DNA from: Pseudomonadota bacterium
Lineage (GTDB): Bacteria; Pseudomonadota; Gammaproteobacteria; Acidiferrobacterales; UBA6901
Assembly: GCA_021778035.1 (NCBI GenBank)
Contig: JAJYCY010000001.1
Span: forward strand, 22,530-72,156
Reading direction: 5' to 3'
DNA length: 49,627 nt
This document shows positions 9,646-21,289 of the stretch, in pieces; the first letter of the stretch is position 1, and the number at the start of each line of letters is the position of its first letter. The notes under the pieces are model-generated. The model worked only from the letters and a program-made list of their open reading frames with translations, had not been told where the DNA came from and did no database searches. The position numbers were made by a program, and so were the translations under genes.

Positions 9646-9831
9646 CTAGCGCAGCTCGAGCTTCTCCTCGCCGCAACGCTCGCATCGCAGCACCGTCACG
9701 AGCTTTCCCTGCTTGACATCGAAGCGCCTGCCTTTGGCCACGCGCCAGCGATGGAAGCCGCGTGTGCACAGGGTTTTGCCGCGGTTCCGGTCGCGGGCCG
9801 GGGGTTTCCGGAAATCAAGTATTATCGCCAT
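9646..9831 (-). CDS. Small basic Cys/His (zinc-ribbon-like) hypothetical protein, 61 aa
   Basis: LCTRGFHRW ... RCERCG (C-x4-H ... CxxC); starts 16 nt downstream of the SDR stop on the same strand. Confidence 0.7.
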   Translation of the reverse strand: MAIILDFRKPPARDRNRGKTLCTRGFHRWRVAKGRRFDVKQGKLVTVLRCERCGEEKLELR

Positions 9832-9847
9832 GGCCGGGGCGGATTAT

Positions 9848-10777
9848 TCAGCATGCGTCGAGCACCGAGCGCCAGGAATCATGCTTCGGTTTCCAGCCGA
9901 GTTCACGGCGCGCGCGTGTGGTGTCGAGGGCAAGGGCATACTGCAGTGTTCCGAGCCATGCAGGATCAGTGCCGGTGCCAAGCCAGTTCCAGCCGGCTTT
10001 GGCCAGTGCGCCGACAATCAGCATCGGCAGGGGCAGCGGCAACCAGTGGACATGACGCTGCATGGTGCGCAGCGAGGCGCTGTCCGAGCATGCAAGGTTA
10101 AAGGCGCCGCGCGCTTCAGTGCGCAGTGCCAGGTCTATCGCCTCGGCGACATCCTCTTCGTGCACGCATTGCACGACCGGCTGCGGATCCCGCAGGACGG
10201 GATACAGCGGGCAGCGCAGGAGCGTGCGCAGAAAGGGTTGTGCCTGCGGTCCGAGGATCAGGTGGGGCCGCAGCCGTACCACGCGCAGTTCCGGATGCGC
10301 GGTTTCGAATTCATCAAGCCAGTCCTCGACGGCCACCTTGTCTTCGGCATAAGCAAATCCGGGAAGCGCTGACCGGGGGTGTGATTCGGAAGCGCGCTTG
10401 AAATGCGTCGGCAGTGTGTAGACGGCGGCGCTTGACAGATGGATGAGCCTGCTGACCCCGCACCGCGCAGCCAGCGTAAGCACATTCTTGCTGCCGTTCA
10501 CATTGATGTCACGCGCCAGCGCGCGGTCCCGGCGCTTCTCGCCCAGATCCCCCTGCATGACAACGAACGCCATATGCACGACGACATCGACTCCTGTCAT
10601 GATGGTCGCAAGCTGCGGTGATCGCACATCCATCAGCACTTCCGTGTAGCGCGGCCGGAAAAAACCACTGTCACGCCAGTCGATACCGATGACTTCTTCC
10701 ACGTCCTGCATATCGAGCAGGCGCGGAATCAGGACCCGTGCCAGGTGAGATGTGCTGCCGGTGACGAGGATTCTCAT
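9848..10777 (-). CDS. Extended SDR / NAD-dependent epimerase-dehydratase family protein
   Basis: MRILVTGSTSHLA (degenerate Rossmann motif), DVVVHMA, INVNGS, LSSAAVY, YAEDK (YxxxK); ATGA overlap with the LLM stop. Confidence 0.88.
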   Translation of the reverse strand: MRILVTGSTSHLARVLIPRLLDMQDVEEVIGIDWRDSGFFRPRYTEVLMDVRSPQLATIMTGVDVVVHMAFVVMQGDLGEKRRDRALARDINVNGSKNVLTLAARCGVSRLIHLSSAAVYTLPTHFKRASESHPRSALPGFAYAEDKVAVEDWLDEFETAHPELRVVRLRPHLILGPQAQPFLRTLLRCPLYPVLRDPQPVVQCVHEEDVAEAIDLALRTEARGAFNLACSDSASLRTMQRHVHWLPLPLPMLIVGALAKAGWNWLGTGTDPAWLGTLQYALALDTTRARRELGWKPKHDSWRSVLDAC

Positions 10778-11847
10778 TGGCAGAAATGGGGAATCACGTG
10801 TTTCGATACGGTATGCATTGATTCAACCACCAGATCAGAAGGACTCCCGCCGGCGCCGATGGCGCACAGGATATGATCAACGCCGCCGGCGCTGTACTGC
10901 TCCAGCTTGCGGATGCAGTGATCCGGGTCCCCGGCCACCACCATGCCCGCGGTCTCGAGCGCAGCGAGGTTGACGGTCTTCTCCAGCAGGAATGCCAGCC
11001 CGCCGAAGCGGCGGTAGTATTCATATCCCGCATGCAGCTTGCGCAGCAGTGGCGCAGTGCGCCGGAGCAGCTCGCGGTAGAACCAGGTGATATTCGATGC
11101 GGCGATGGCGCGTGCCTGTCTGCCGTCTTCAAGACAGAACAGGCCGAGCGTCATGCCTACGCGGGTATTGAGGCCTTCCGATGCCGGGTCGGGGTATTCC
11201 CGCACGCCGGCCCGGTACCGCTCGATGTCGGCCCGGACCATGAACCATGGCTTGAAGGGGCCGGCCAGGGCGCCGACGCCGAGCTGTGCCGCGAGTTCAA
11301 ATGACTCCGGACTCACTGCTGCCATCCATAACGGGGGATGCGGGCGCTGCACCACGGCGGGCACGACATCGATCTCTTCCATCCTGTAGTACTTTCCCGA
11401 ATGAGACAACGGCCGGCCGCGGAAATGCCCGCGCAGGACCGCAAGGGATTCGGCAACACGTTCCCGGCTTTCGCCCATTTCAACACCGAACACCGAATAT
11501 TCCTCCGGAGAGAATCCCCGGCCGAATCCGAAGTCTACCCGTCCTCCAGAGAGAATATCGAGCGTTGCGAGCCGTTCGGCGACATGAACCGGATGGTGAT
11601 AAGGCAGGGGCACGATCGCGTGTCCGAGCCGCAGACGCGACGTGCGCTGTGACGCGGCCGCCAGTACCAGATCCGGCGCACTCGAATGCGAATAGCCTCG
11701 CATGAAATGATGTTCCACGAACCATGCTGTCCGGAAACCGCAGGAATCAGCGACGCACAGCTCATCGAGAGTCTCGCGGAACGTCCGCGCCTCGTCGCGC
11801 ACAGCCGGGTCCGGAACTGCAAGCTCGTAAAAAAGGTCGAACTCCAT
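10774..11847 (-). CDS. Luciferase-like (LLM class) flavin-dependent monooxygenase
   Basis: WFVEHHF, AAASQRTSRLRLG, HPVHVAERLATLDILSGGRVDFGFGRG, HPPLWMAAVSPES; start at MEFDLFYEL (11847). Confidence 0.92.
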   Translation of the reverse strand: MEFDLFYELAVPDPAVRDEARTFRETLDELCVADSCGFRTAWFVEHHFMRGYSHSSAPDLVLAAASQRTSRLRLGHAIVPLPYHHPVHVAERLATLDILSGGRVDFGFGRGFSPEEYSVFGVEMGESRERVAESLAVLRGHFRGRPLSHSGKYYRMEEIDVVPAVVQRPHPPLWMAAVSPESFELAAQLGVGALAGPFKPWFMVRADIERYRAGVREYPDPASEGLNTRVGMTLGLFCLEDGRQARAIAASNITWFYRELLRRTAPLLRKLHAGYEYYRRFGGLAFLLEKTVNLAALETAGMVVAGDPDHCIRKLEQYSAGGVDHILCAIGAGGSPSDLVVESMHTVSKHVIPHFCQ

Positions 11848-12217
11848 GCCGATAGGATACCGCAACGTACGGGTTTCCCCATGGCGCAATGCCCCGTTCG
11901 CTGGCAGACGTCGGCAATTCCGGCACTGTCATCGGACAATCGGCGCAGTTCTGCCTGTGTCCGGCATCGTGCCAGTGCGCCCCCGGCCGTGACAGCAGGA
12001 CTGGTGCCGCAGGGTGTCAGGGCGTGCCGCAGCGACGCCGGATGGCATGAAGCGGGCGCCGGACGCCTTGCCGTCCATTCCGACTGCCGTCCGCATGCGG
12101 CTGGTCAGGCGCCGGTTGCGCGACTAGAATGGGCGCGCCGGTAACGGGACAGCCGCAGGTGTGGGCATTCTCCGGTGGCGGGCAGAAAAATTGCCGACAG
12201 TGATCAGGAAGGACATT

Positions 12218-13051
12218 TTGAACGATACCCGGGTCGTGACAGGTGCCAGCGATGCGCTGGTTGAGTTTCGCGATGTGCAGTTTTTCCGCGGGGACCGTGC
12301 CATTCTGGATGGTTTGTCGCTGACTATCCCGCGCGGCAAAGTTACCGCGATCATGGGTGGCAGCGGCTGTGGCAAGACCACACTCCTCAATCTTATCGGT
12401 GGCCGGCTGCGCCCGTCAGCCGGGCAGGTGCTGGTGGACGGCGTGTCGGTTCCAGGCCTGAATACCCGTGATCTGTTCGCGTTGCGCAAACGCATGGGCA
12501 TGCTGTTCCAGAACGGCGCGCTGCTCACCGACCTCGATGTGTTCGAGAACGTGGCCTTTCCGATCCGTGAACACAAGCGCCTGCCGGAACCGATCCTGCG
12601 CAATGTCGTGCTCATGAAGCTCGAGGCCGTGGGTCTGCGTGGAGCCCGGGATCTCATGCCCGCGGAGCTTTCAGGCGGCATGGCCCGGCGCGTGGCGCTG
12701 GCGCGCACCATATCCCTCGAGCCCATGATGGTCATGTATGACGAGCCGTTCACGGGTCTCGATCCGATATCCAAGGGTGTTATCGCGAAGCTCATCCGCG
12801 AACTAAATACCGGACTCGGCATCACATCCATTCTCGTGTCCCATGACGTGGCGGATGCCTGTGCAATTTCCGATTACGCTTACCTGATCGGTAGCGGACG
12901 GGTCATCGGGCAGGGTACGCCCCGGCAGATGCAGGAATCCGCCGTCGACGAGGTGCGCCAGTTCATGGACGGGCTGCCGGATGGCCCGGTACCCTACAGG
13001 TATCCGGCGCCCGGTTACTTGGACGACCTGCTTCAGGGGCGGCGCACATGA
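12218..13051 (+). CDS. mlaF: Phospholipid ABC transporter ATP-binding protein MlaF
   Basis: GGSGCGKTT, GMLFQNGALLTDL, LSGGMARRVALAR, YDEPFTGLDP, DGPVPYRYPA; TTG start behind AAGGA (start uncertain). Confidence 0.94.
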   Translation: MNDTRVVTGASDALVEFRDVQFFRGDRAILDGLSLTIPRGKVTAIMGGSGCGKTTLLNLIGGRLRPSAGQVLVDGVSVPGLNTRDLFALRKRMGMLFQNGALLTDLDVFENVAFPIREHKRLPEPILRNVVLMKLEAVGLRGARDLMPAELSGGMARRVALARTISLEPMMVMYDEPFTGLDPISKGVIAKLIRELNTGLGITSILVSHDVADACAISDYAYLIGSGRVIGQGTPRQMQESAVDEVRQFMDGLPDGPVPYRYPAPGYLDDLLQGRRT

Positions 13052-13821
13052 ACCCGCTGCGCTGGCTTGGAAAGTACGTCATCGACAGCATCCAGGGTCT
13101 CGGCCGGGCAAGCCTGTTCCTTCTGGAGGTGGTGTCGGGCTCCCGGAAGCTTGTGAGGCGTTTCGATCTGGTCGTGCAGCAGGTCTTCGCTGTGGGCGTG
13201 CTGACGCTGCTGATCATAGTTGTCTCGGGCCTGTTTGTCGGGATGGTCCTGGGGCTGCAGGGATACCATACGCTGGCCAAGTTTGGTGCCGCGGATTCGC
13301 TCGGGCTGCTGGTGGCGCTGTCGCTGGTGCGGGAGCTCGGTCCCGTGGTCACTGCACTTCTGTTCGCGGGGCGCGCCGGGTCGGCGCTGACTGCGGAAAT
13401 CGGTCTTATGAAGGCAACCGAACAGCTGGCCGGCATGGAGATGATGGCAGTCAATCCCATCGAGCGTGTCATCGCGCCGCGACTGGTTGCCGGCATTATT
13501 GCGATGCCGCTGCTCGCAACCATGTTTTCGGCGATCGGCGTGCTAGGTGGCCAGCTCATCGGCGTCGGCTTGCTGGGGGTCGACAGCGGCGCATTCTGGT
13601 CCCAGATGCAGAGCGGGGTAAGCTTTCACGAAGACGTGCTGAATGGTGTGATCAAGAGCATTGTTTTCGGTGTAGTTGTAACCTGGATTGCGGTGTTCCA
13701 GGGACATGAGTCGGTGCCGACCTCGGAGGGGGTAAGCCGTGCAACCAATCGCACGGTGGTGTACTCGTCGCTGGCGGTGTTAGCACTCGATTTCATCATG
13801 ACGGCATTGATGTTCAAGTGA
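13048..13821 (+). CDS. mlaE: Phospholipid ABC transporter permease MlaE
   Basis: RELGPVVTALLFAGRAGSALTAEIGLMKATEQL signature. Confidence 0.97.
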   Translation: MNPLRWLGKYVIDSIQGLGRASLFLLEVVSGSRKLVRRFDLVVQQVFAVGVLTLLIIVVSGLFVGMVLGLQGYHTLAKFGAADSLGLLVALSLVRELGPVVTALLFAGRAGSALTAEIGLMKATEQLAGMEMMAVNPIERVIAPRLVAGIIAMPLLATMFSAIGVLGGQLIGVGLLGVDSGAFWSQMQSGVSFHEDVLNGVIKSIVFGVVVTWIAVFQGHESVPTSEGVSRATNRTVVYSSLAVLALDFIMTALMFK

Positions 13822-13829
13822 GGGATGGC

Positions 13830-14312
13830 ATGATACAACGACGGCAACTGGAGCTGTGGGTCGGGCTGTTCGTCGCTGCCGGGCTGCTGGCACTGGCGAT
13901 GCTGGCATTCCGGGTCGGCAACCTGGCCTCGGGGGCAGTGACCAACGGCTACAGTGTCAAGGCTGAATTCAGCGACATCGGAGGACTCAAGGTGAGGGCA
14001 CCTGTGACCCTGGCGGGCGTGCGCGTCGGGCGTGTTTCCGCGATCAGCCTGGATCCTTCGAATTACGAGGCCGTAGTGACAATGGAACTCGACGGACGCT
14101 ACAACAACATTCCGGTCGATACCAGCGCATCCATCCTGACGTCCGGACTGCTCGGCGAGCAGTACGTGGGGCTCGATCCAGGCGGTGCCAGCCAGTACCT
14201 GAAAAACGGCAGCAGCATACAGATCACGCAGTCGGCGCTGGTGCTCGAGAAGATCATAAGCCAGTTTCTCTTCAGCATGGCATCCAAGAGCGGGTCCCAC
14301 AAGCAGCAGTAG
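13830..14312 (+). CDS. mlaD: MCE-domain protein MlaD
   Basis: ELWVGLFV TM, FSDIGGLKVRAPVTLAGVRVGRV, LTSGLLGEQYV, TQSALVLEKII. Confidence 0.96.
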   Translation: MIQRRQLELWVGLFVAAGLLALAMLAFRVGNLASGAVTNGYSVKAEFSDIGGLKVRAPVTLAGVRVGRVSAISLDPSNYEAVVTMELDGRYNNIPVDTSASILTSGLLGEQYVGLDPGGASQYLKNGSSIQITQSALVLEKIISQFLFSMASKSGSHKQQ

Positions 14313-14350
14313 TGTTGCGGCCTGACCGAATGAAATTGCAGGAGGGTGAG

Positions 14351-14980
14351 ATGAAAAAGGTGGCTGTTTCGCTGTTCAGCATCATGATATTCGGCATCTC
14401 CGCAGTCCACGCTGCCGTCAATCCCGGCGATTCCCCGGAGCAGCTGGTGCAGCAGACCACCAGCGAGATTCTCGCGACCATCAAGTCGAACCGGGAAATG
14501 TATGCAAAGGATCACGCCAAACTCTACGCGCTTGCGGACAAAAAGGTTCTGCCGTATTTCGATTTCGTGCGCATGTCGCAGTGGGTTCTCGGGCGCAACT
14601 GGCGCACCGCGACGCCGGCACAGCGCACACGTTTCGTGTCGCTATTCCGCGACCTGCTGGTGCGCACCTACTCGACCGCCCTGCTGCAGTACACTGACCA
14701 GCGCATCGCGTATCTGCCCGCGAACGCGTCGCCCGGGGATACCCAGATGCTGGTACGGACCGAAGTGCATCAGTCCGGAGGTGCTCCGGATATTCCGATC
14801 TACTACAGCTTTTACAAGAACAGCAGCGGCGAATGGAAGGTTTACGACGTGAGCATTGACGGGGTCAGCCTGGTGACCAACTACCGTGCGGTCTACGCAG
14901 GCAAGATCAGGCGTGAAGGCATGGACGCGCTGCTCGACTCCCTGGCGGCCGCCGACCAGCAGCTGCGGAAGAAGAAGTGA
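14351..14980 (+). CDS. mlaC: Periplasmic phospholipid-binding protein MlaC
   Basis: Signal peptide after GGAGGG SD; FDFVRMSQWVLG, WKVYDVSIDGVSLVTNYR. Confidence 0.95.
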   Translation: MKKVAVSLFSIMIFGISAVHAAVNPGDSPEQLVQQTTSEILATIKSNREMYAKDHAKLYALADKKVLPYFDFVRMSQWVLGRNWRTATPAQRTRFVSLFRDLLVRTYSTALLQYTDQRIAYLPANASPGDTQMLVRTEVHQSGGAPDIPIYYSFYKNSSGEWKVYDVSIDGVSLVTNYRAVYAGKIRREGMDALLDSLAAADQQLRKKK

Positions 14981-15270
14981 ACGCTGCCGCGCCGGCGGTG
15001 CAGCCGGTTTCCGGCCCGCTGGTGTTCGACACCGTGCCGGTGGTTTATGCCGCCACCAAAAGCTGGTTTTCCGGTGGTAGCGAGATGGTGATTGATCTGG
15101 CAGCGGTGACGCAGGTGGACAGCGCTGGCCTCGGACTCGTGATCGAATGGCTGCGTCTTGCCCGCAGTTCAGGCTGCACCCTCAGGTTCGTTAATGTTCC
15201 GTCACAGATGCGCGTCCTGGCCGGCGTCAGCGGCCTGCAGGAAATCCTGGCGCCGTTGCTCGGGGCCTAG
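14977..15270 (+). CDS. mlaB: STAS-domain protein MlaB
   Basis: IDLAAVTQVDSAGLGLVIEW STAS motif; GTGA overlap with mlaC. Confidence 0.9.
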   Translation: MNAAAPAVQPVSGPLVFDTVPVVYAATKSWFSGGSEMVIDLAAVTQVDSAGLGLVIEWLRLARSSGCTLRFVNVPSQMRVLAGVSGLQEILAPLLGA

Positions 15271-15369
15271 CTGCGCCGGGGTGCCTGGCCAGACCTACCC
15301 TGAATTACGCGCGCGGCGTATCCTGTGGTTCTTGAATTGGTTTCTGTCAGGCCGGCTATGGGTGTACCT

Positions 15370-15630
15370 GTGATCCAGTCCGAAGACATCAAACGCCTAA
15401 TCGAGGCCGGAATTCCGGGAGCCCAGGTGCGGGTCGCGGGGGACGGTACACACTTCGATGCCGTGGTCGTGAGCAGCGCATTTGCCGGGCAGACCATTGT
15501 GGTCCAGCACCAGATGGTATACGGAGCGCTTGGTACGAAGATGCAGGCTGAAATCCATGCGTTGTCAATCCACACCCTGACGCCCGATGCGCAGGATCAG
15601 GCAGACCGTCAGGATGCCCAGACGAGGTAG
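15370..15630 (+). CDS. ibaG: BolA/IbaG family protein
   Basis: GDGTHFDAVVVSSAFAG, QHQMVYGALG, IHALSIHTLTP; start could be 15358. Confidence 0.88.
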   Translation: MIQSEDIKRLIEAGIPGAQVRVAGDGTHFDAVVVSSAFAGQTIVVQHQMVYGALGTKMQAEIHALSIHTLTPDAQDQADRQDAQTR

Positions 15631-15636
15631 AAAGAG

Positions 15637-17428
<1,792 letters not shown>

Positions 17429-17431
17429 CCT

Positions 17432-18076
17432 ATGCAGCCGCTGACGATCGCGTTGTCGAAGGGGCGGATCCTTGAAGAAACGCTGCCGCTGCTGGTGCGG
17501 GCAGGGATCGAGCCGGAGCGCAGCCAGCTCGACAGTCGCAGACTCATCATCGACACCAGCCGGCCGGACGTGAAGCTCGTGATCATCCGGGCTGCGGATG
17601 TGCCAACCTACGTCAAATACGGGGCAGCCGATCTCGGCGTCGCGGGCAAGGATGTTCTCATGGAGTATGGTGGTGACGGACTCTATGAGCTCCTGGACCT
17701 GAAAATCGCGGTCTGCCGGCTCATGGTGGCGGAACCGGCGGGCCTGGCCGAACGCGATGATCCGCGTGACTGGACGCGTCTGCGCATCGCAACCAAGTAT
17801 CCCATGACGACACGGCGGCACTTTGCCGACAAGGGCATACAGACTGATATCATCAAGCTCTATGGATCCATGGAGCTTGCGCCGCTGGTTGGCCTCTGTG
17901 ACCGGATTGTCGATCTGGTCGGCACCGGCAAGACGCTCAAGGCCAACGGGCTGGTGGAAGTTGAACATATTGCCGATATCAGTGCATGGCTGGTGGCGAA
18001 CAGGGCTTCAATGAAGATGAAACATGCCCCGCTGAAGGACATGGCGCAGCGTCTCGGCAGTGCAGCGCAGGGCTGA
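17432..18076 (+). CDS. hisG: ATP phosphoribosyltransferase, short form (needs HisZ, not in this window)
   Basis: [47 protein letters not shown]; 214 aa, no C-terminal regulatory domain. Confidence 0.96.
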   Translation: MQPLTIALSKGRILEETLPLLVRAGIEPERSQLDSRRLIIDTSRPDVKLVIIRAADVPTYVKYGAADLGVAGKDVLMEYGGDGLYELLDLKIAVCRLMVAEPAGLAERDDPRDWTRLRIATKYPMTTRRHFADKGIQTDIIKLYGSMELAPLVGLCDRIVDLVGTGKTLKANGLVEVEHIADISAWLVANRASMKMKHAPLKDMAQRLGSAAQG

Positions 18077-18085
18077 GAAGCAGCG

Positions 18086-19396
18086 ATGACCGCAATCCGG
18101 CAGCTGAACAGTACCGATGCTGATTTCCCGCAGGCGCTTGACCGTCTGCTGAACCGGATCGAGGAAACGGACCGCGGAATCGAGGAGCGCGTGCGCGAAA
18201 TCATCGCCGCCGTGCGCGCCCGTGGTGATGCGGCGCTGCTCGATTTTACGGCCCAGTTCGACCGGTTTGCTCCCGCATCTGCGGCGATGCTGGAGATAGC
18301 TGCTCCACAGCTGCGTCAGGCGGCGGAAGGACTGCCTGCCGTGCAGCGTGCCGCGCTGGAACAGTCCGCAGAGCGCATCTGGCGCTATCACGAACGCCAG
18401 CGGGCGGAGTCCTGGACCTACGTGGAAGCCGACGGGACCGTACTGGGCCAGCAGGTTACCGCGCTGGACCGCGTCGGACTCTATGTGCCCGGCGGCAAGG
18501 CAGCCTATCCGTCATCGGTGCTGATGAATGCCATACCGGCACGGGTTGCCGGTGTGGGCGAACTCATCATGGTGGTGCCGACGCCGTCCGGGCAGAGCAA
18601 CGCGCTGGTGCTGGCGGCGGCGCATATTGCCGGCGTCAGCCGTGTGTTTTGCGTCGGTGGTGCGCAGGCGGTTGCGGCCCTGGCATATGGCACGCAGACC
18701 ATTCCGCGTGTCGACAAGATCGTGGGTCCGGGTAACATCTACGTGGCCGTCGCCAAACGCCTCGTGTTCGGGCAGGTGGACATCGACATGGTTGCGGGCC
18801 CGTCCGAGATTGTCGTGGTCTGCGATGGCGCCACGGACCCGGCGTGGGTGGCGATGGACCTGTTTTCCCAGGCTGAACACGACGAGCATGCACAGTCCAT
18901 ACTGATCAGCACCCGCGCGGATTTCCTGCAGGCGGTGCTGGGGCAGATCGAGAGTCTTCTTCCTGGCATGCAGCGCGCGCAGATCATACGTGCGTCGCTG
19001 GAGGCCCGTGGCGCCCTCATTCTGGTGCGTGATCTCGACGAGGCGGCAGACATCGTCAACCGGATTGCACCCGAGCACCTTGAACTGTCCGTCGAGGACC
19101 CCGACCGTCTGGTGTCCCGGGTGCGGCATGCGGGTGCCATTTTCCTTGGGCGGTATACCGCGGAGGCCCTGGGTGACTACTGTGCCGGACCGAACCATGT
19201 GCTGCCGACGTCCGGCACCGCACGTTTCAGTTCGCCGCTCGGGGTCTACGATTTCCAGAAGCGCACCAGCCTGATCCACTGTTCCCCGCAGGGAGCCTCC
19301 GTTTTGGGTGCGACAGCGTCGGTGATGGCGCGGGGCGAAGGACTGGAAGCCCACGCGCGTTCTGCCGAATACCGCATCAGGGGCCACGGCAAATAG
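18086..19396 (+). CDS. hisD: Histidinol dehydrogenase
   Basis: [58 protein letters not shown]. Confidence 0.98.
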   Translation: MTAIRQLNSTDADFPQALDRLLNRIEETDRGIEERVREIIAAVRARGDAALLDFTAQFDRFAPASAAMLEIAAPQLRQAAEGLPAVQRAALEQSAERIWRYHERQRAESWTYVEADGTVLGQQVTALDRVGLYVPGGKAAYPSSVLMNAIPARVAGVGELIMVVPTPSGQSNALVLAAAHIAGVSRVFCVGGAQAVAALAYGTQTIPRVDKIVGPGNIYVAVAKRLVFGQVDIDMVAGPSEIVVVCDGATDPAWVAMDLFSQAEHDEHAQSILISTRADFLQAVLGQIESLLPGMQRAQIIRASLEARGALILVRDLDEAADIVNRIAPEHLELSVEDPDRLVSRVRHAGAIFLGRYTAEALGDYCAGPNHVLPTSGTARFSSPLGVYDFQKRTSLIHCSPQGASVLGATASVMARGEGLEAHARSAEYRIRGHGK

Positions 19397-19407
19397 TGTA
19401 TTGCGCG

Positions 19408-19464
19408 ATGAATCTGTCGAGCTCCACGCCGCCGGCCACAGGCCCACGAGGCGGTGACGTGTGA
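19408..19464 (+). other. Candidate bridging mini-ORF hisD->hisC, MNLSSSTPPATGPRGGDV* (18 aa)
   Basis: ATG 11 nt after the hisD stop; its TGA (19462-4) overlaps the hisC GTG (19461-3). Translation not shown. Confidence 0.35.
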
Positions 19465-20570
19465 GCGATATTGGCGCACGGGTGGCGCGCCTGGTCCGGC
19501 CGGAAGTCCGGGCTCTCAGCGCTTACCATGTTCAGGATGCGTCCGGACTGGTCAAGCTTGATGCGATGGAAAATCCCTATTCCTGGCCGGAGGATCTCAG
19601 GCAGGAATGGCTCGAGCGGCTGCGTGATGTCCCGATAAACCGCTATCCCGATCCCGGCGCGCATGCGCTGCACCAGTGCCTGAGAGAACATCTGCGGCTG
19701 CCCGCTGCAGCTGGCCTGCTTCTCGGCAATGGCTCGGATGAGCTTATCCAGATGGTTCTCATGGCAGTTGCGCGCCAAGGCGCATCCGTGGTGGCTCCGG
19801 TTCCGACATTCGTGATGTACGAACTGATCGCGAGAACGCTGGGGATGGAATTTGCCGGGGTACCGCTGGCCGATGATTTTTCCATTGACCTGCCGGCGAT
19901 GCATGAGGCCATCCGTGTTAAGCGTCCCGCCGTGGTGTTTCTCGCCTATCCCAACAATCCGACCGGCAACCTGTTTGACGCTCAGGCCATGGAGTCGATA
20001 CTCCAGGCGGCACCGGGCCTGGTTATCGTCGATGAGGCCTACCATGCATTTGCGCTGCAAAGCTTCATGGACCGGCTTGCGCGCTACGACAACCTGCTTG
20101 TGCTGCGCACACTGTCCAAGCAGGGTCTGGCAGGTCTGCGTCTGGGGATGCTTTGCGGGGATCCCGCATGGATAGCGGAACTCGACAAGCTGCGCCTGCC
20201 TTACAACATCAATATCCTCACCCAGGTGAGCGTGGAATTTGCGCTCACGCACGCGCAGGTATTTGATGCCCAGACCGCCCGGATACGCACAGACCGGGAA
20301 CAGCTGTCCGGCGCGCTCGGAAAGCTGCCGGGGGTGCGGGTATGGCCGAGCGCCGCGAATTTCCTGCTGTTCCGCACGGGCAGGACGGCGAAGGCGGTTT
20401 TCGAAGGTCTGCGCCGGCGCGGTGTGCTCATCAAGAACCTGGCTGCGGCCGGGGGCGTGCTCAGTGAGTGCCTGAGGGTTACCGTCGGGACACCCGAGGA
20501 AAACAGGCTTTTCCTCGATGCCCTGTCGCAGACCCTGGAATCCTCTGATTCTTCTGTCCAGCCGGGATAA
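19461..20570 (+). CDS. hisC: Histidinol-phosphate aminotransferase
   Basis: KLDAMENPY, NRYPD, GNGSDELIQ, PNNPTG, VDEAY, RTLSKQGLAGLRLG (PLP lysine). Confidence 0.97.
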   Translation: MSDIGARVARLVRPEVRALSAYHVQDASGLVKLDAMENPYSWPEDLRQEWLERLRDVPINRYPDPGAHALHQCLREHLRLPAAAGLLLGNGSDELIQMVLMAVARQGASVVAPVPTFVMYELIARTLGMEFAGVPLADDFSIDLPAMHEAIRVKRPAVVFLAYPNNPTGNLFDAQAMESILQAAPGLVIVDEAYHAFALQSFMDRLARYDNLLVLRTLSKQGLAGLRLGMLCGDPAWIAELDKLRLPYNINILTQVSVEFALTHAQVFDAQTARIRTDREQLSGALGKLPGVRVWPSAANFLLFRTGRTAKAVFEGLRRRGVLIKNLAAAGGVLSECLRVTVGTPEENRLFLDALSQTLESSDSSVQPG

Positions 20571-20614
20571 TTTGCTAACATGATGGCTGGATGAACCCGA
20601 TCGGGAGGCCGGTA

Positions 20615-21208
20615 GTGGCTGAACGTATTGCCCAGATAGCGCGTGACACCCAGGAAACCCGGATTGCGGTCAGCGTGAATCTGGACGGCCGTGGTGCGGC
20701 AGAGCTTGATACTGGGCTGCCGTTTCTCGAGCACATGCTCGATCAGGTGGCCCGCCATGGGCTCATCGATCTGACCGTGCGCGCCCGGGGTGACCTGCAG
20801 GTCGATGCGCATCACACAGTTGAGGACATCGGAATCACGTTCGGCCAGGCCGTAGCCAAAGCCGTGGGTGACAAGAAAGGGATCTGCCGCTACGGCCACG
20901 CCTATGTGCCGCTCGACGAGGCGCTGTGCCGCGTGGTCATCGATCTTTCCGGCCGGCCCGGGCTGTCGTATCGCGTGAATTTCCCGCGCGCGCGGGTCGA
21001 CGCCTTCGACGTGGATCTGGTCCGGGAGTTTTTCCAGGGATTCTGCAATCACGCGATGGCGACGCTGCACATTGATGTGCTTCATGGCGACAACGCTCAC
21101 CATGTGGCCGAAACAGTCTTCAAGGCCTTCGGACGCGCGCTGCGGATGGCGCTGCAGCTGGATCCACGCATGGGGGAGATGGTTCCCTCTACCAAAGGCA
21201 CGCTGTAA
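20615..21208 (+). CDS. hisB: Imidazoleglycerol-phosphate dehydratase (monofunctional)
   Basis: [54 protein letters not shown]; GTG start behind GGAGG (alternative ATG at 20591). Confidence 0.97.
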   Translation: MAERIAQIARDTQETRIAVSVNLDGRGAAELDTGLPFLEHMLDQVARHGLIDLTVRARGDLQVDAHHTVEDIGITFGQAVAKAVGDKKGICRYGHAYVPLDEALCRVVIDLSGRPGLSYRVNFPRARVDAFDVDLVREFFQGFCNHAMATLHIDVLHGDNAHHVAETVFKAFGRALRMALQLDPRMGEMVPSTKGTL

Positions 21209-21211
21209 GGG

Positions 21212-21289
21212 ATGGACAAGGAAGCCAATTTCGGACAGCCAGACACGGCCGGTCCGGACCCAGGTACAGGACGGCGCCAGTTGCCATGA
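21212..21289 (+). other. Candidate bridging mini-ORF hisB->hisH, MDKEANFGQPDTAGPDPGTGRRQLP* (25 aa)
   Basis: ATG 3 nt after the hisB TAA; its TGA (21287-9) overlaps the hisH ATG (21286-8). Confidence 0.4.

Noticed and set aside
10774-11847. Bioluminescence (lux) system
   Set aside because: Single LLM gene; no luxB, luxCDE or luxG.
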